A stretch of DNA of 64,000 bases from Nitrososphaeraceae archaeon. GTDB lineage: Archaea; Thermoproteota; Nitrososphaeria; Nitrososphaerales; Nitrososphaeraceae. The number at the start of each line of letters is the position of its first letter. Position 1 is the first letter of the stretch. Where the stretch lies: positions 1,984 to 65,983 of the forward strand of contig JBHIVA010000004.1 of NCBI GenBank assembly GCA_042138015.1, written 5' to 3'. The position numbers and the translations under genes were made by a program. Under the pieces are notes generated by a model. It saw only the letters and a program-made list of their open reading frames with translations. It was not told the DNA's origin and made no database searches. Below, one piece after another: positions 44,456 to 54,641 of the stretch.

Positions 44456-45163
44456 TTATATTTTTCCTAACTTTTTAGTATATTCCTTATATGCTTCAAG
44501 ATATGATCTTTTGTCTCCTATATCTATAAATCCAGAGTCTATGGTAAATGCCTTTACAAGTCTTCTTCTTTTTATTGCCTTTTCTACTATTTTATCCATG
44601 CCAATAGTACTAGACCTTGGAATTAGTTTTAAAAAATCCTTTTCCATGATATAACATCCTATATTTATTAACCCACCTACTTCAGGTTTTTCCTTCCACG
44701 CAGTAACAGTTTTGTTATTTTTTTGAATCTCAATAAACCCGTATTTTAGTCGTGTTTTGTAATTCATTAAAGCCATTGAAAGAAATGCATTCGATTTCTC
44801 ATGATTCTCGATCATCCTTTCCAAATTAAAATTATAAACTGAATCTCCATAAAGACATACAAAACGATCGTGAAGTATAGGCTCTGCTGTTTTTAACTGT
44901 CCAGCTGTTGCAAGAGGTTTCTCAGATCTTACATATGAAATTTTAATTCCAAATCTTCCCCCATCCTCAAAATAATCTTCAATGGATCTATGTAAATAAC
45001 TTACACAAATTATTATTTCATCTATTGTCTCATTATTTGTTATCCACTCAATAAGATGTTCTAATAATGGTTTATTTCCCAAAGGCAACATAGGTTTAGG
45101 AATGAAGAAGGTATAAGGTTGCAATCTAGTACCTAAACCCCCAGCTAGTATTACAGCCTGCAT
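44456..45163 (-). CDS. Sugar-phosphate nucleotidyltransferase
   Basis: ILAGGLGTRL, PKPML, LATAGQL, YGD, EKP, DIG. Confidence 0.92.
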   Translation of the reverse strand: MQAVILAGGLGTRLQPYTFFIPKPMLPLGNKPLLEHLIEWITNNETIDEIIICVSYLHRSIEDYFEDGGRFGIKISYVRSEKPLATAGQLKTAEPILHDRFVCLYGDSVYNFNLERMIENHEKSNAFLSMALMNYKTRLKYGFIEIQKNNKTVTAWKEKPEVGGLINIGCYIMEKDFLKLIPRSSTIGMDKIVEKAIKRRRLVKAFTIDSGFIDIGDKRSYLEAYKEYTKKLGKI

Positions 45164-45245
45164 TTTTTGATCTACATTTCTAACCGAAGTTAATTAACTT
45201 ATAAATCATTAATTTCCTGTCTACTAATTTTTAGAATAATATAAC

Positions 45246-46589
45246 CTAAGCATATAAACTAATTATTTTTTTAACATATGTAATAATATCATGAGGAGAA
45301 TTCCCGAATAAAATTATCATTGGTTCTTTCCCCATATCTCCTTTATGGTATATTAATTTTGCATTTTTATTTTTTGAAAGAGCTTCCCTAACTCCCCATC
45401 TAACAGAACTACCTTCGTTCTCCTTGATCTTTTGAGGTTCAAGATTTCGATTATATTCAGAAATTATGAGAAATCTTTTACATATGTCCACTATTTTTAT
45501 ATCATATTTGATATTAATTGCTGATCTGATAGACGTTTTCCTCTTCATATATTCTAAAAGTGCTGAAGCAACATGTTTTGAAACACCAAATTCAACACAT
45601 GAAGCAGGTCTTACTTTTTTCCCTATTTTAATTATTCTTCCTTTAACTCCTGCTATATCTTTTATATCACTGGCTTCAGGAATAGCATAAACAAAATTTG
45701 ATTGTGTTTCTGGGACTAATATACCCACATTCTCAATTTCTTGGAATTTTTCAATTGCATTGGCTAAATCTGATATTACTTCGTATCTAAATGATTCTAA
45801 ATAGGTTACAAATGTAGGCTCTACTATAGGTAACCCACTACCAATGTGAAACGTATTCTTCAAAGATCGATGTAAAAAATCGTTAGCCATCCTACAAGCC
45901 ATTTTGATGGCAAATCCTTTCGTTATGAAGGAAGTGATTGCGGAAGAGAAGTTACAACCGGATCCATGATTTTCAGATATTAGTTGCCAGGGCTTTGAAA
46001 ATTCAGTAATAGTATTATTGTGGTCTAATAACATATCTATTGAATGTTCCCTTTTTAATCTAATACTTTTTAGAATTACATTTTTCGCCCCTAATGATTT
46101 GATTAAATTTAAAGCTTCAATAATTGTTTTTTTATCTTTAATTTTTCTCTTAGAAAGTAGTTCTGCTTCTTTAATATTAGGAGTAATTATGGTAGCTAAT
46201 GGAAGTATTTTGTCAATATAATAATTCAAACTATTTGCTTTTAACAATTCAAATTGATTGGATGAATAGAAAATAGGATCCACTATAATCGGAATATTTT
46301 TGGCCTTCAGTATTTTGTATATACAATCAATTATCCTTTTGTTATATACAACGCCGATCTTAATTGAATCAATTTTGATATCGTCCAATATCGTTTTTAT
46401 CTGTCCAGCAACCAGATTTGATGGTAGAGGAAATAATCCCGATATCTTGCTAGTATTTTGTAGCGTTATAGTAGTTATGGCACTACATCCATACACACCA
46501 AGAAGGGAAAAAGTTTTCAAATCTGCTTGTATCCCTGCACCAGAGCTTGGATCACTTCCTGCGATCGTCAAAACTGATTTTATTTTCAT
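45246..46589 (-). CDS. thiD: Bifunctional HMP(-P) kinase / thiamine-phosphate synthase ThiDN
   Basis: IAGSDPSSGAGIQAD, ITPN, HGSGC; C-terminal ThiN domain with PETQSN, EFGVSKH, GKEPMI. Confidence 0.93.
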   Translation of the reverse strand: MKIKSVLTIAGSDPSSGAGIQADLKTFSLLGVYGCSAITTITLQNTSKISGLFPLPSNLVAGQIKTILDDIKIDSIKIGVVYNKRIIDCIYKILKAKNIPIIVDPIFYSSNQFELLKANSLNYYIDKILPLATIITPNIKEAELLSKRKIKDKKTIIEALNLIKSLGAKNVILKSIRLKREHSIDMLLDHNNTITEFSKPWQLISENHGSGCNFSSAITSFITKGFAIKMACRMANDFLHRSLKNTFHIGSGLPIVEPTFVTYLESFRYEVISDLANAIEKFQEIENVGILVPETQSNFVYAIPEASDIKDIAGVKGRIIKIGKKVRPASCVEFGVSKHVASALLEYMKRKTSIRSAINIKYDIKIVDICKRFLIISEYNRNLEPQKIKENEGSSVRWGVREALSKNKNAKLIYHKGDMGKEPMIILFGNSPHDIITYVKKIISLYA

Positions 46590-46751
46590 GTCAATTTATT
46601 ATCATTTATTATGATATTTGAAATTTTTATGTTTATAATATTATATTTTTCGTACATTAATCCCTGGTACTAAATTTTATTATCATCTTGGAGAATACAT
46701 TCAATCCAATTCTTAATTAACCATAACACATTTGGCTCCTAATTTATTATT

Positions 46752-47195
46752 CTAGATTTTCATAAGAATAAATATTGATAGCAGTCCTAAAGCACCAAAT
46801 AAAATCATCGTTGCCTTCCATATACCCATGTTGGCTTTTTCAGTAATATCCCACATTCCGCCTCTAAAACCTTCATTTTTATTTCCTCTTTTAAGATTCT
46901 CGTAACTATAATATCGTTCAAAATCTGCCGAAGGTGTCCATCTAAATCTTGAATCAGAGAAATCAGGATTGTTTATTGGTACCTTTTTATTAAATAATAG
47001 ATCATACCTTTCCTTAGTTTTTTCATCGGAAAGAACTTCATAAGCTTCAACAATTTCCATGAACTTGTCTCTAGATTCTTGAGAGTTCATATTTTTGTCA
47101 GGATGATGTTTTAAAGCTAAGTCTCTAAAAGCTTTTTTAATATCCTTTTGAGTTGCATTAATACTTAAGCCCAAGATTTTGTAATAATCAGACAC
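46752..47195 (-). CDS. J-domain protein with a C-terminal membrane anchor
   Basis: DYYKILG, HHPDKN, AYEVLSD, then a hydrophobic C-terminal helix. Confidence 0.9.
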   Translation of the reverse strand: MSDYYKILGLSINATQKDIKKAFRDLALKHHPDKNMNSQESRDKFMEIVEAYEVLSDEKTKERYDLLFNKKVPINNPDFSDSRFRWTPSADFERYYSYENLKRGNKNEGFRGGMWDITEKANMGIWKATMILFGALGLLSIFILMKI

Positions 47196-47342
47196 CTACA
47201 ATAATATTCGATGACCAAATTATATTTTTTTTTCGGTTCATACCTCTTTTCTTTACTATTTATTATAGAATCAAATATAATGCATTAATCATTAAGTTAC
47301 AGAGTATATATTTTAATCATAATCTATTTATCTTCGTAATGG

Positions 47343-48623
47343 ATGATTACTCTATATATGGATATATTTTTAGGAAGGAAAATTTTGAAAAAAATGAACT
47401 TATCTGAACAACCTTCCAAAATGACAGAAGATAAAGATAATGATAGAAATTTTAATGATATTAATAATGCTAACGATTTAAGGAAAAATAAAGAAAGTTT
47501 TAACGATAACAAAAAATCTGATAACAAAGATCCACCAAATTCTAAAAATAAACCCACCAAAGACATTATTGATATTCAAAAATACGATATTTATAACAAA
47601 GGAATTAATCACATGGCTAATGAAAAACTTGTAGATGGCATAAGATGCTTTGAATTGGCTTTACGTATGGATCCAAACTTTGTAAATGCATGGATAAAAA
47701 AAGGATACTCTCATTTTCATCTAAATGAGTTTACTGTTGCTATTTCTTGCTATGACAAAGCACTAAATCTCGATGTGAACAACTCCGAGGCGTGGAATCT
47801 TAAAGGATTATCTTATTATCGACTGGGAAATATTCAGAAAGCTATTGAATGCTGTGAAAAAGGAATAGATATCGATCACAATGATGGAATGTCATGGTAC
47901 AATCTTGCATGTTTTCTCGTTTTAGATGGAAGAGTCGATGATGGTATAGAATCTCTCAAAAGGGCGATAGAAATAGACATTTCTTATGCGAAAAGGGCTG
48001 TAAGAGATAGAGATTTTGAAAATGCAAAAGCTGAAGAAGGTTTTAGACGAATTGTAGAGGTAGTTGTGTTAGAAGCTATCCGTCTGGGTTATGATTATTC
48101 TGGTAGAATAGTTTGGATAACAGGAATGGATAAAGCAGAGGTAGAGGATGCTCTGATGAAATTAACTATGAAAGGATTGATCAACCGAAAAGAAAAGAAA
48201 AATATCTTCAGTAAGGAAGAATATTATGAGGTGGCTAAAGAGATCGCATCGAAGATAGGTACGGTAAAAAGGTCTGGATTCATGGGTAAATCGAGAGAAA
48301 TAACCCCACCAATTCAACAACTGCGAGATATTTCTGAACTATTAAATAAATCTAGAGATTCAGTTGAAAAGGGGGATGTTCTTTTAACCATGGCATATTT
48401 TGATCAGTTAATAAATCCCACAGTTCACGGAAGTTTAATGATTGAAAAATTTTTTAATGAACATAGAGATCTCAGACTTTACTTAAATCGGTTAAAAGAC
48501 AGAGGACAAGAATATCTTAATTCTCACAAAAGTGATTTCATTAAAATGATAAATGAGATTGATGGTAAGATTCGGGGTCATAATTTACCTGAGAAAACCT
48601 TAAACGATAATATCAATCAGTGA
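47343..48623 (+). CDS. Tetratricopeptide-repeat protein
   Basis: Several TPRs (AWIKKG, AWNLKG, SWYNLA) after an N/D/K-rich leader. Confidence 0.88.
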   Translation: MITLYMDIFLGRKILKKMNLSEQPSKMTEDKDNDRNFNDINNANDLRKNKESFNDNKKSDNKDPPNSKNKPTKDIIDIQKYDIYNKGINHMANEKLVDGIRCFELALRMDPNFVNAWIKKGYSHFHLNEFTVAISCYDKALNLDVNNSEAWNLKGLSYYRLGNIQKAIECCEKGIDIDHNDGMSWYNLACFLVLDGRVDDGIESLKRAIEIDISYAKRAVRDRDFENAKAEEGFRRIVEVVVLEAIRLGYDYSGRIVWITGMDKAEVEDALMKLTMKGLINRKEKKNIFSKEEYYEVAKEIASKIGTVKRSGFMGKSREITPPIQQLRDISELLNKSRDSVEKGDVLLTMAYFDQLINPTVHGSLMIEKFFNEHRDLRLYLNRLKDRGQEYLNSHKSDFIKMINEIDGKIRGHNLPEKTLNDNINQ

Positions 48624-48743
48624 TTGAAAAAACTTTCACCTTTCAGGTAAACATATGTTCATAAAGTTAAACATTGGCGGTGTTAAAAGTTTAATATTAA
48701 TAAATTCATTAGTAATATATAATCTAAGTATTCAGTTATAGAT

Positions 48744-49544
48744 ATGCCAAAAATTTTTGCTGATGTGAGCGAAAAAGAAATTACTAGATCAATCGCCTCA
48801 ATGTTTATGGAGACTATGAATGATTATGCAGATTCGGAAGTCATAATTATAGGAGCTGGACCTGCCGGGTTGTCAGCTGGAAGAGAACTAGGTAAACTTG
48901 GAATACGAACGCTAATCATTGAACAGAATAATTACATTGGAGGTGGATATTGGGTGGGTGGATATATGATGAATCCTGTTACAGTCAGATCTCCTGCAGA
49001 AAAAATTTGGGATGAATTGGGAGTGCCTTATAGAACAATCAGGAAAGGACTTTATGCAACGTGGGGACCCCATGCCTGTTCTAAATTAATTGCATCTGCA
49101 TGTGATGCAGGAGTTAGGTTTTTACAGTTAACAAAATTCGATGATCTTGTGATTAAAAATAAGAGAGTGGGAGGAGTAGTAGTTAATTGGATGCCTGTTT
49201 CTGCTTTGCCAAGAAATATTACTTGCGTTGATCCCATAGCCTTTGAAAGTAAGGTTGTAATCGATGCTTCGGGTCATGATTCTGTTGCTGTTAGAAGATT
49301 AATGGAACGGGGTTATGTGAAATGGAGAGGAATGGATCCTATGGCAGTTGATATCAGTGAGGATGCAGTTGTAAATTATACCGGAGAAGTTTTTCCTGGA
49401 TTGGTTGCAACTGGTATGTCTGTAACTGAAACTTTCGGATTGCCTCGAATGGGGCCAACGTTTGGATCCATGCTTCTTTCAGGTAAAAAAGCAGCAGAAG
49501 TTGCAGCAAGCAAATTAAAAGAATTAGTTGAAATACACAATTAG
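48744..49544 (+). CDS. thi4: Thiazole synthase Thi4, Cys-type
   Basis: IIGAGPAG, GGGYW, TCVDP, DASGHD, PRMGPTFGSMLLSG. Confidence 0.95.
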   Translation: MPKIFADVSEKEITRSIASMFMETMNDYADSEVIIIGAGPAGLSAGRELGKLGIRTLIIEQNNYIGGGYWVGGYMMNPVTVRSPAEKIWDELGVPYRTIRKGLYATWGPHACSKLIASACDAGVRFLQLTKFDDLVIKNKRVGGVVVNWMPVSALPRNITCVDPIAFESKVVIDASGHDSVAVRRLMERGYVKWRGMDPMAVDISEDAVVNYTGEVFPGLVATGMSVTETFGLPRMGPTFGSMLLSGKKAAEVAASKLKELVEIHN

Positions 49545-49601
49545 CTTATTGTTTATTATTTCATTTCTCTATTTTTATAATTGTCAATATAGACACTTAA
49601 A

Positions 49602-50447
49602 ATGTTAACCAATGTTTTTTTATATAATTATTCCAGATGGACAAAAATCGATCTTGATGAAATTATTTACAATTTAAGAAAAATATTTAGCAATTTATTC
49701 CTAACAAAAGTAAAGAAAAATGATACTCGATTTTCGAGATCTAATTTCTCTCAGATAGAAATCGATTTTCAATACTTTCAAAGCAAATGTGTCATCAAGA
49801 ATATTAAAGATCAATTAGATATCAATAAGATTTTACCTTTTAGAAAGGGGATAAAGGATGAATTCACTATTAATCCTAATAACATCAATAAACAATTATA
49901 TTTTCAGAATAAATTAGCGAAGGAATTTGGCTTCGAAGAAAATATAGTGATGTATGATGGTATTATTTTGCAAAAACTTTATCAAGAAATCCTAGGTAAA
50001 ATCGGTCTCGAATTTAATCTATCAGAATTGTATATAATAATAATTGATGATTTAATTGGTTCATTCGATGAAATTGATTGGAAGTATCATGCTAGGTCGA
50101 TTATTTGTGGAAATCCAACTCTCATTTCTACATCTGGTTTGATTTACGGTCTTGCGAAGCCTAAAGATTATTACCTTAAGCTAATCTATTATTATCGAGT
50201 ACCTCAAATATTGAAAACCCTCAAAAAGGAATATAGAGGAAGATGTATCGAAAATAATGATGAAAGAATAAATTCAATAGTAGAAGGATTGGCAATCCAA
50301 TCTATATATTATTTTATAAAAGGAGATTCTTTTTGTGATGATCCTACGTGTAGACTTTTTAACTCTCATTGGCAAGAAGAAATATTGAGGTTGAACTTCA
50401 ATAAATTTTTTTGTAAAAAACATCTAGATATTATAAGAAAATTATAA
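49602..50447 (+). CDS. Archaeal putative metal-binding protein (DUF6775-like)
   Basis: HAR...G.P..IS and C-terminal CDDPTCRLFNSHWQEE...FC..H; family assignment is from memory. Confidence 0.6.
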   Translation: MLTNVFLYNYSRWTKIDLDEIIYNLRKIFSNLFLTKVKKNDTRFSRSNFSQIEIDFQYFQSKCVIKNIKDQLDINKILPFRKGIKDEFTINPNNINKQLYFQNKLAKEFGFEENIVMYDGIILQKLYQEILGKIGLEFNLSELYIIIIDDLIGSFDEIDWKYHARSIICGNPTLISTSGLIYGLAKPKDYYLKLIYYYRVPQILKTLKKEYRGRCIENNDERINSIVEGLAIQSIYYFIKGDSFCDDPTCRLFNSHWQEEILRLNFNKFFCKKHLDIIRKL

Positions 50448-50565
50448 TAATCTATAACATCGATAGGTCATGTAATTATTTAACCACAGTCTACATATTT
50501 TAAATTTAATTTTCTTTTATCTACGCTAATAAATTATTAATGAGTATCTTTTTCTACTATTATTA

Positions 50566-51558
50566 ATGCGAAACCGTAACGATGACACTTCTAAGAATAA
50601 GATTCTTAAAAATTCCAATACTTCAGATGTAAATCTGGAACTTTATGATGTTATTATTATAGGTTCTGGTCCTGCTGGATATACTGCTGGTACTTATACT
50701 TCTAGGGCTAAACTTAAAACTTTGATAATTACAGGATCTCTTCCTGGAGGTCAGCTCATGACCACAAGTGAAGTAGAAAATTACCCTGGTTTTCCAAACG
50801 GAATCTTTGGGCCAGAGTTAATGATGAATATGAGACAACAAGCAGAAAGGTTTGGAGCAAATATTGTTGATGATGAGGTAATAGAAGTTAATTTTGATGT
50901 TAAACCATTTATCGTCATGACACATGCTATGAAATATGTTTCTAGATCAATTCTTATTTGTACTGGCGCATCTCCTAGAAAACTAGGAATAGACGGAGAA
51001 GAAAAGTTTGGGGGGAGAGGGGTGTCATATTGTGCAACATGTGACGGTCCCTTTTTCAAGGGAGAAGATATTGTAGTAGCAGGTGGTGGAGATACTGCAT
51101 TAGAAGAAGCAACTTTTCTCACGAAATTTGGAAAATCTGTGAAAATAATACATCGAAGGAATGCTCTCCGAGCAAGCAAAATTCTCCAAGAGAAAGCATT
51201 TGAAAATCCTAAGATTAAATTTATTTGGAATTCTGTTATAAGAAAAATTGAGGGAGATAAAAAAATATCAAAAATAACCGTTAAAGATTTAGACACATTT
51301 AAGGAAACCGAATTAAATATAGGGGGTTTGTTTGTTGCGATAGGCCATGAGCCTAACACTAAAATTTTTGAAGGTCAGATCGAAATGGATGAGCATGGAT
51401 ATATTATCTTGAAAGAAAACACCAAGACAAGTGTCGATGGTATCTTTGCTGCAGGTGATGTTCATGATTATAGGTATAGACAAGCAGTTACCGCTGCCGG
51501 TTACGGATGTATGGCAGCTCTAGATGTTGAGAAATGGTTGAGCGATAAATTAACATAA
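50566..51558 (+). CDS. trxB: Thioredoxin reductase
   Basis: GSGPAG, YCATCDG, GGGDTA, AAGDV. Confidence 0.96.
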   Translation: MRNRNDDTSKNKILKNSNTSDVNLELYDVIIIGSGPAGYTAGTYTSRAKLKTLIITGSLPGGQLMTTSEVENYPGFPNGIFGPELMMNMRQQAERFGANIVDDEVIEVNFDVKPFIVMTHAMKYVSRSILICTGASPRKLGIDGEEKFGGRGVSYCATCDGPFFKGEDIVVAGGGDTALEEATFLTKFGKSVKIIHRRNALRASKILQEKAFENPKIKFIWNSVIRKIEGDKKISKITVKDLDTFKETELNIGGLFVAIGHEPNTKIFEGQIEMDEHGYIILKENTKTSVDGIFAAGDVHDYRYRQAVTAAGYGCMAALDVEKWLSDKLT

Positions 51559-51601
51559 TTCTTAATTTTTATTGTCTTTATCGGTCCCTACTAAAATGTT
51601 A

Positions 51602-52600
51602 TTAATACCAAACTTTTGAGTGATGCTTAGCCTTCTCGAAATTTTTGTCATATTGTTCTTCAGAAAATACGTTTTGTTGTAAATATAAACTTTTGAACTT
51701 TCTTCCATCATCAGCAAAAATTCCAACTATTACCCCTTTCTCAGTCTTATTTCTTTGTTTTATCATTGCAGCCATAACAGAACCAGATGATGGGCCAACG
51801 AGAATATTTTCATTCTTGGAAAGCTCCTTTACCATATTGAATGATTCTTTGTTAGTTGCAGTAAACCATTCATCTATAACTTCTTGTCTTCTTTTAAAAA
51901 GGTCAGGCATAGAAGATTCTTCAAAATTTCTTAATCCCTGCAGTAGATGATTTTTTTGTGCTTCGACAGCAATAACTTTAACAAGAGGATTTTTTTCTTT
52001 TAAAAATACTCCAGTTCCAGTAATTGTGCCTCCAGTACCACATCCAGTCAGGAAATGTGTTATTGATCCATTTGTCTGTTTCCAAATTTCAGGTCCAGTA
52101 CTTTCGTAATGTGCTAAGAAGTTGGCATCATTATCATATTGATTGGGCATATAGTAAATATCAGGTCTAGGAGTTGAAATGGCTTTTGCCAATGCAATAC
52201 TCTGATCAGTTCCTGCACCAACTCTTGGACAGAGGTCATCAGAAGTTTCATGTATTGTTGCACCAAGTTTTTTCAAAATTTTTTTTGTTTCTTCGCTAAC
52301 TTTGTCCGGTATAACTATCTCAACCTTATATCCCAACGATGAAGAAATTCCAGTTAAAGCAATTCCAGTATTTCCAGAGGTAGGTTCTATTATTATACTT
52401 CTATTTTTATGAATCAACCCTCTTTTTTCTGCATCTTTTATCATCCAATATGCTGCTCTATCTTTAACTGAACCAAATGGATTATGCCATTCAAGTTTTG
52501 CGAAAAGTTTTACATTCTTTGAGGAAAAAGTAGATAACTCTATTAAAGGGGTATTACCAATCTTCTGATGTATTTCTGTCTTTAACGAAAATCCACTCAT
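51602..52600 (-). CDS. cysM: PLP-dependent cysteine synthase family protein (CysM-like)
   Basis: IGNTP, GSVKDRAA, EPTSGNTG, NQYDN, GTGGT, GPSSG. Confidence 0.85.
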   Translation of the reverse strand: MSGFSLKTEIHQKIGNTPLIELSTFSSKNVKLFAKLEWHNPFGSVKDRAAYWMIKDAEKRGLIHKNRSIIIEPTSGNTGIALTGISSSLGYKVEIVIPDKVSEETKKILKKLGATIHETSDDLCPRVGAGTDQSIALAKAISTPRPDIYYMPNQYDNDANFLAHYESTGPEIWKQTNGSITHFLTGCGTGGTITGTGVFLKEKNPLVKVIAVEAQKNHLLQGLRNFEESSMPDLFKRRQEVIDEWFTATNKESFNMVKELSKNENILVGPSSGSVMAAMIKQRNKTEKGVIVGIFADDGRKFKSLYLQQNVFSEEQYDKNFEKAKHHSKVWY

Positions 52601-52605
52601 TTTTA

Positions 52606-52848
52606 TTACTTAGCCTTTTTGATTATAAATATTAGATTCTGTTCTTTCTTGTCTATAGTAAGTAATTCATGACCATTCCTGTTTACCCATCTAGATATAT
52701 CTTCTTCCGATTGCGGATCATCAGCAACAACTTTTAATTTATCTCCTCTAGCCATTTTTTCCATCTCTATTTTTGTTCTAAATACCGGTTCAGGACAATA
52801 GAGACCTCTAACATCAATAACTTTTTTAAATTCATTATCATTATCCAT
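52606..52848 (-). CDS. tusA: TusA/SirA-family sulfur carrier
   Basis: IDVRGLYCPEP, ADDP; ends 6 nt before cysM. Confidence 0.9.
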   Translation of the reverse strand: MDNDNEFKKVIDVRGLYCPEPVFRTKIEMEKMARGDKLKVVADDPQSEEDISRWVNRNGHELLTIDKKEQNLIFIIKKAK

Positions 52849-52940
52849 ATAAGTAATATTTGTAATTTAGAGGAATTTAAACTTAATATAATGCATATAA
52901 TATGAGATTAAAAATATATTTCTCTTTGCAAGCTCTGGAA

Positions 52941-53004
52941 TAACGTTAAAAATGGTTTAGATTCATAGCAACTAACGTTTCAAATAAATCATTACGTTAG
53001 GTTG
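52941..53004. repeat. Three TAACGTTA-like motifs, two of them forming an inverted repeat
   Basis: TAACGTTA (52941-52948), TAACGTTT (52973-52980), TTACGTTA (52992-52999). CAACTAACGT pairs with ACGTTAGGTTG around a 15-nt loop. Confidence 0.45.
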
Positions 53005-53024
53005 TTTCGGAATGATGTTGATTA

Positions 53025-53792
53025 TCATCTAAATACATCAAGCTTTTCATTTCTATTCAACTCTTTACTGGTCGATCTATTTGTTAGAGAAAAATTTAAC
53101 CCTCTGACAATAGCAAAAGGAATATAATCTGATTTTCCCATGACTAATTCTGAGGCTCCAGCTAGTTCATCAGCTATGGCAATTTCGGTAACCAGAAGTA
53201 TTTTTCTGTACATATCTCTTTTACCTATATAACTTTTAATTGGCTTGATCCCAGAGATACCAATTGCCACATTCGTTTGTCCATTCCTAAATGGTCTGCC
53301 AAATGTATCTGATATGATTACTGCTATTTTCTTCCCAGTTTTTTTCTTAATTTCAGTTCGAATTTTATGAGCAGATTTATCTGGATTCTCTGGAAGTAAT
53401 AAAACCGTCTCACTGTCATCACTTACATTGCTCCTGTCTATTCCCGCGTTAGCGCATATATATCCTTGATTCGTTTCTACTATAATTGTTCTATTAAAAA
53501 TTTTTACAACTTGTCTTGATTCCTTCAAAATAATCTCTACTAATCGGGGATCTTTATTAACCAGCTTACTAATTTTTAATGCATTTTTCGAAGGTCTAAC
53601 ATCTCGTAAATTAACAAATCTACCCTCTTTTTTAGATATTATTTTTTGTGCAACCACTAAAATATCTTTATCTAGTAATTGTAAGGAGTTAATTTTTTTT
53701 ATGGATCTTACTAGTAAATCTACAATATCTTCGTCGATTTTTATTTCAGTTGAAACAGGAATAGGAATAATCTCTAACTTGTTAATCGGCAA
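53025..53792 (-). CDS. cofE: Coenzyme F420-0:L-glutamate ligase
   Basis: QKIISKKEG, ANAGIDRSN, DTFGRPFRNGQ, ADELA. Confidence 0.94.
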   Translation of the reverse strand: MPINKLEIIPIPVSTEIKIDEDIVDLLVRSIKKINSLQLLDKDILVVAQKIISKKEGRFVNLRDVRPSKNALKISKLVNKDPRLVEIILKESRQVVKIFNRTIIVETNQGYICANAGIDRSNVSDDSETVLLLPENPDKSAHKIRTEIKKKTGKKIAVIISDTFGRPFRNGQTNVAIGISGIKPIKSYIGKRDMYRKILLVTEIAIADELAGASELVMGKSDYIPFAIVRGLNFSLTNRSTSKELNRNEKLDVFR

Positions 53793-54457
53793 TCTCTTAG
53801 ATATTTTTCTTTCGTATGTAAAATAGATTTTCCGAACCGTTTTTCCAACAGATGTCTTAATAACAACAAATTTCTTATTTCTATAACCTCATCAGCCATT
53901 TTCTTCACTATATCAACTGGACAAAACCCAACGGTATAAGAAGCTAGATCAAATAATTTTAAATCATTAGCCCCATCTACAACTACCACAATTTCCTCTT
54001 TTTTAATATTCCATTTTTCTAGAAGTGGTTTTACATGTAAAGACTTGTCTGAGGTTACCTTAAGATCTATATCATATAACAATCCATTTTTGAAGATGAG
54101 TTCATTAGAAAAAATCAAGTCTAAACCCAACTCCTTTTTTAATCTGTCCGTTATAATTGTAAAACCTCCAGAAACAGCTATCATTTTCCAACCTGCATTT
54201 TTTAAAGATATACAAAGATCCTTTGCACCAGGCATAATTTCCAAGTTTTCGCCAATTTTCTTTGCGTCTTCATATTTAATTCCCCGTAACGCATGTACCC
54301 TCTTAATAAGACCATCTTCCCATTTTATATCACCTCGTATTCCCTGTTTAGTAATATCCCAAATTTCCTTTTCCTTTTGTGGTCCGAATACTTGAGCCAG
54401 AACTGGAAGGTATTCTGCATTCAGCAAAACGCCTTCCACATCAAATATTATTAGCAT
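53774..54457 (-). CDS. serB: Phosphoserine phosphatase (HAD family)
   Basis: FDVEGVL, VSGGF, DGANDL. Confidence 0.85.
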   Translation of the reverse strand: MLIIFDVEGVLLNAEYLPVLAQVFGPQKEKEIWDITKQGIRGDIKWEDGLIKRVHALRGIKYEDAKKIGENLEIMPGAKDLCISLKNAGWKMIAVSGGFTIITDRLKKELGLDLIFSNELIFKNGLLYDIDLKVTSDKSLHVKPLLEKWNIKKEEIVVVVDGANDLKLFDLASYTVGFCPVDIVKKMADEVIEIRNLLLLRHLLEKRFGKSILHTKEKYLRDCRLTS

Positions 54458-54641
54458 TGGTATTTGTCTTAGCGACTATTTCAACCGTATATTAAGTTTG
54501 TCTGGAATTTCAATCTTCTAACATAAATCTCATGAATAAAATTCTATTTATTCCAATGTTATAACATATGCAGATCTTTTCTGGGAATTCTAGACAAGAG
54601 TATAATTATCCGTTCATAATATTAAATGACGATATCAAAAC

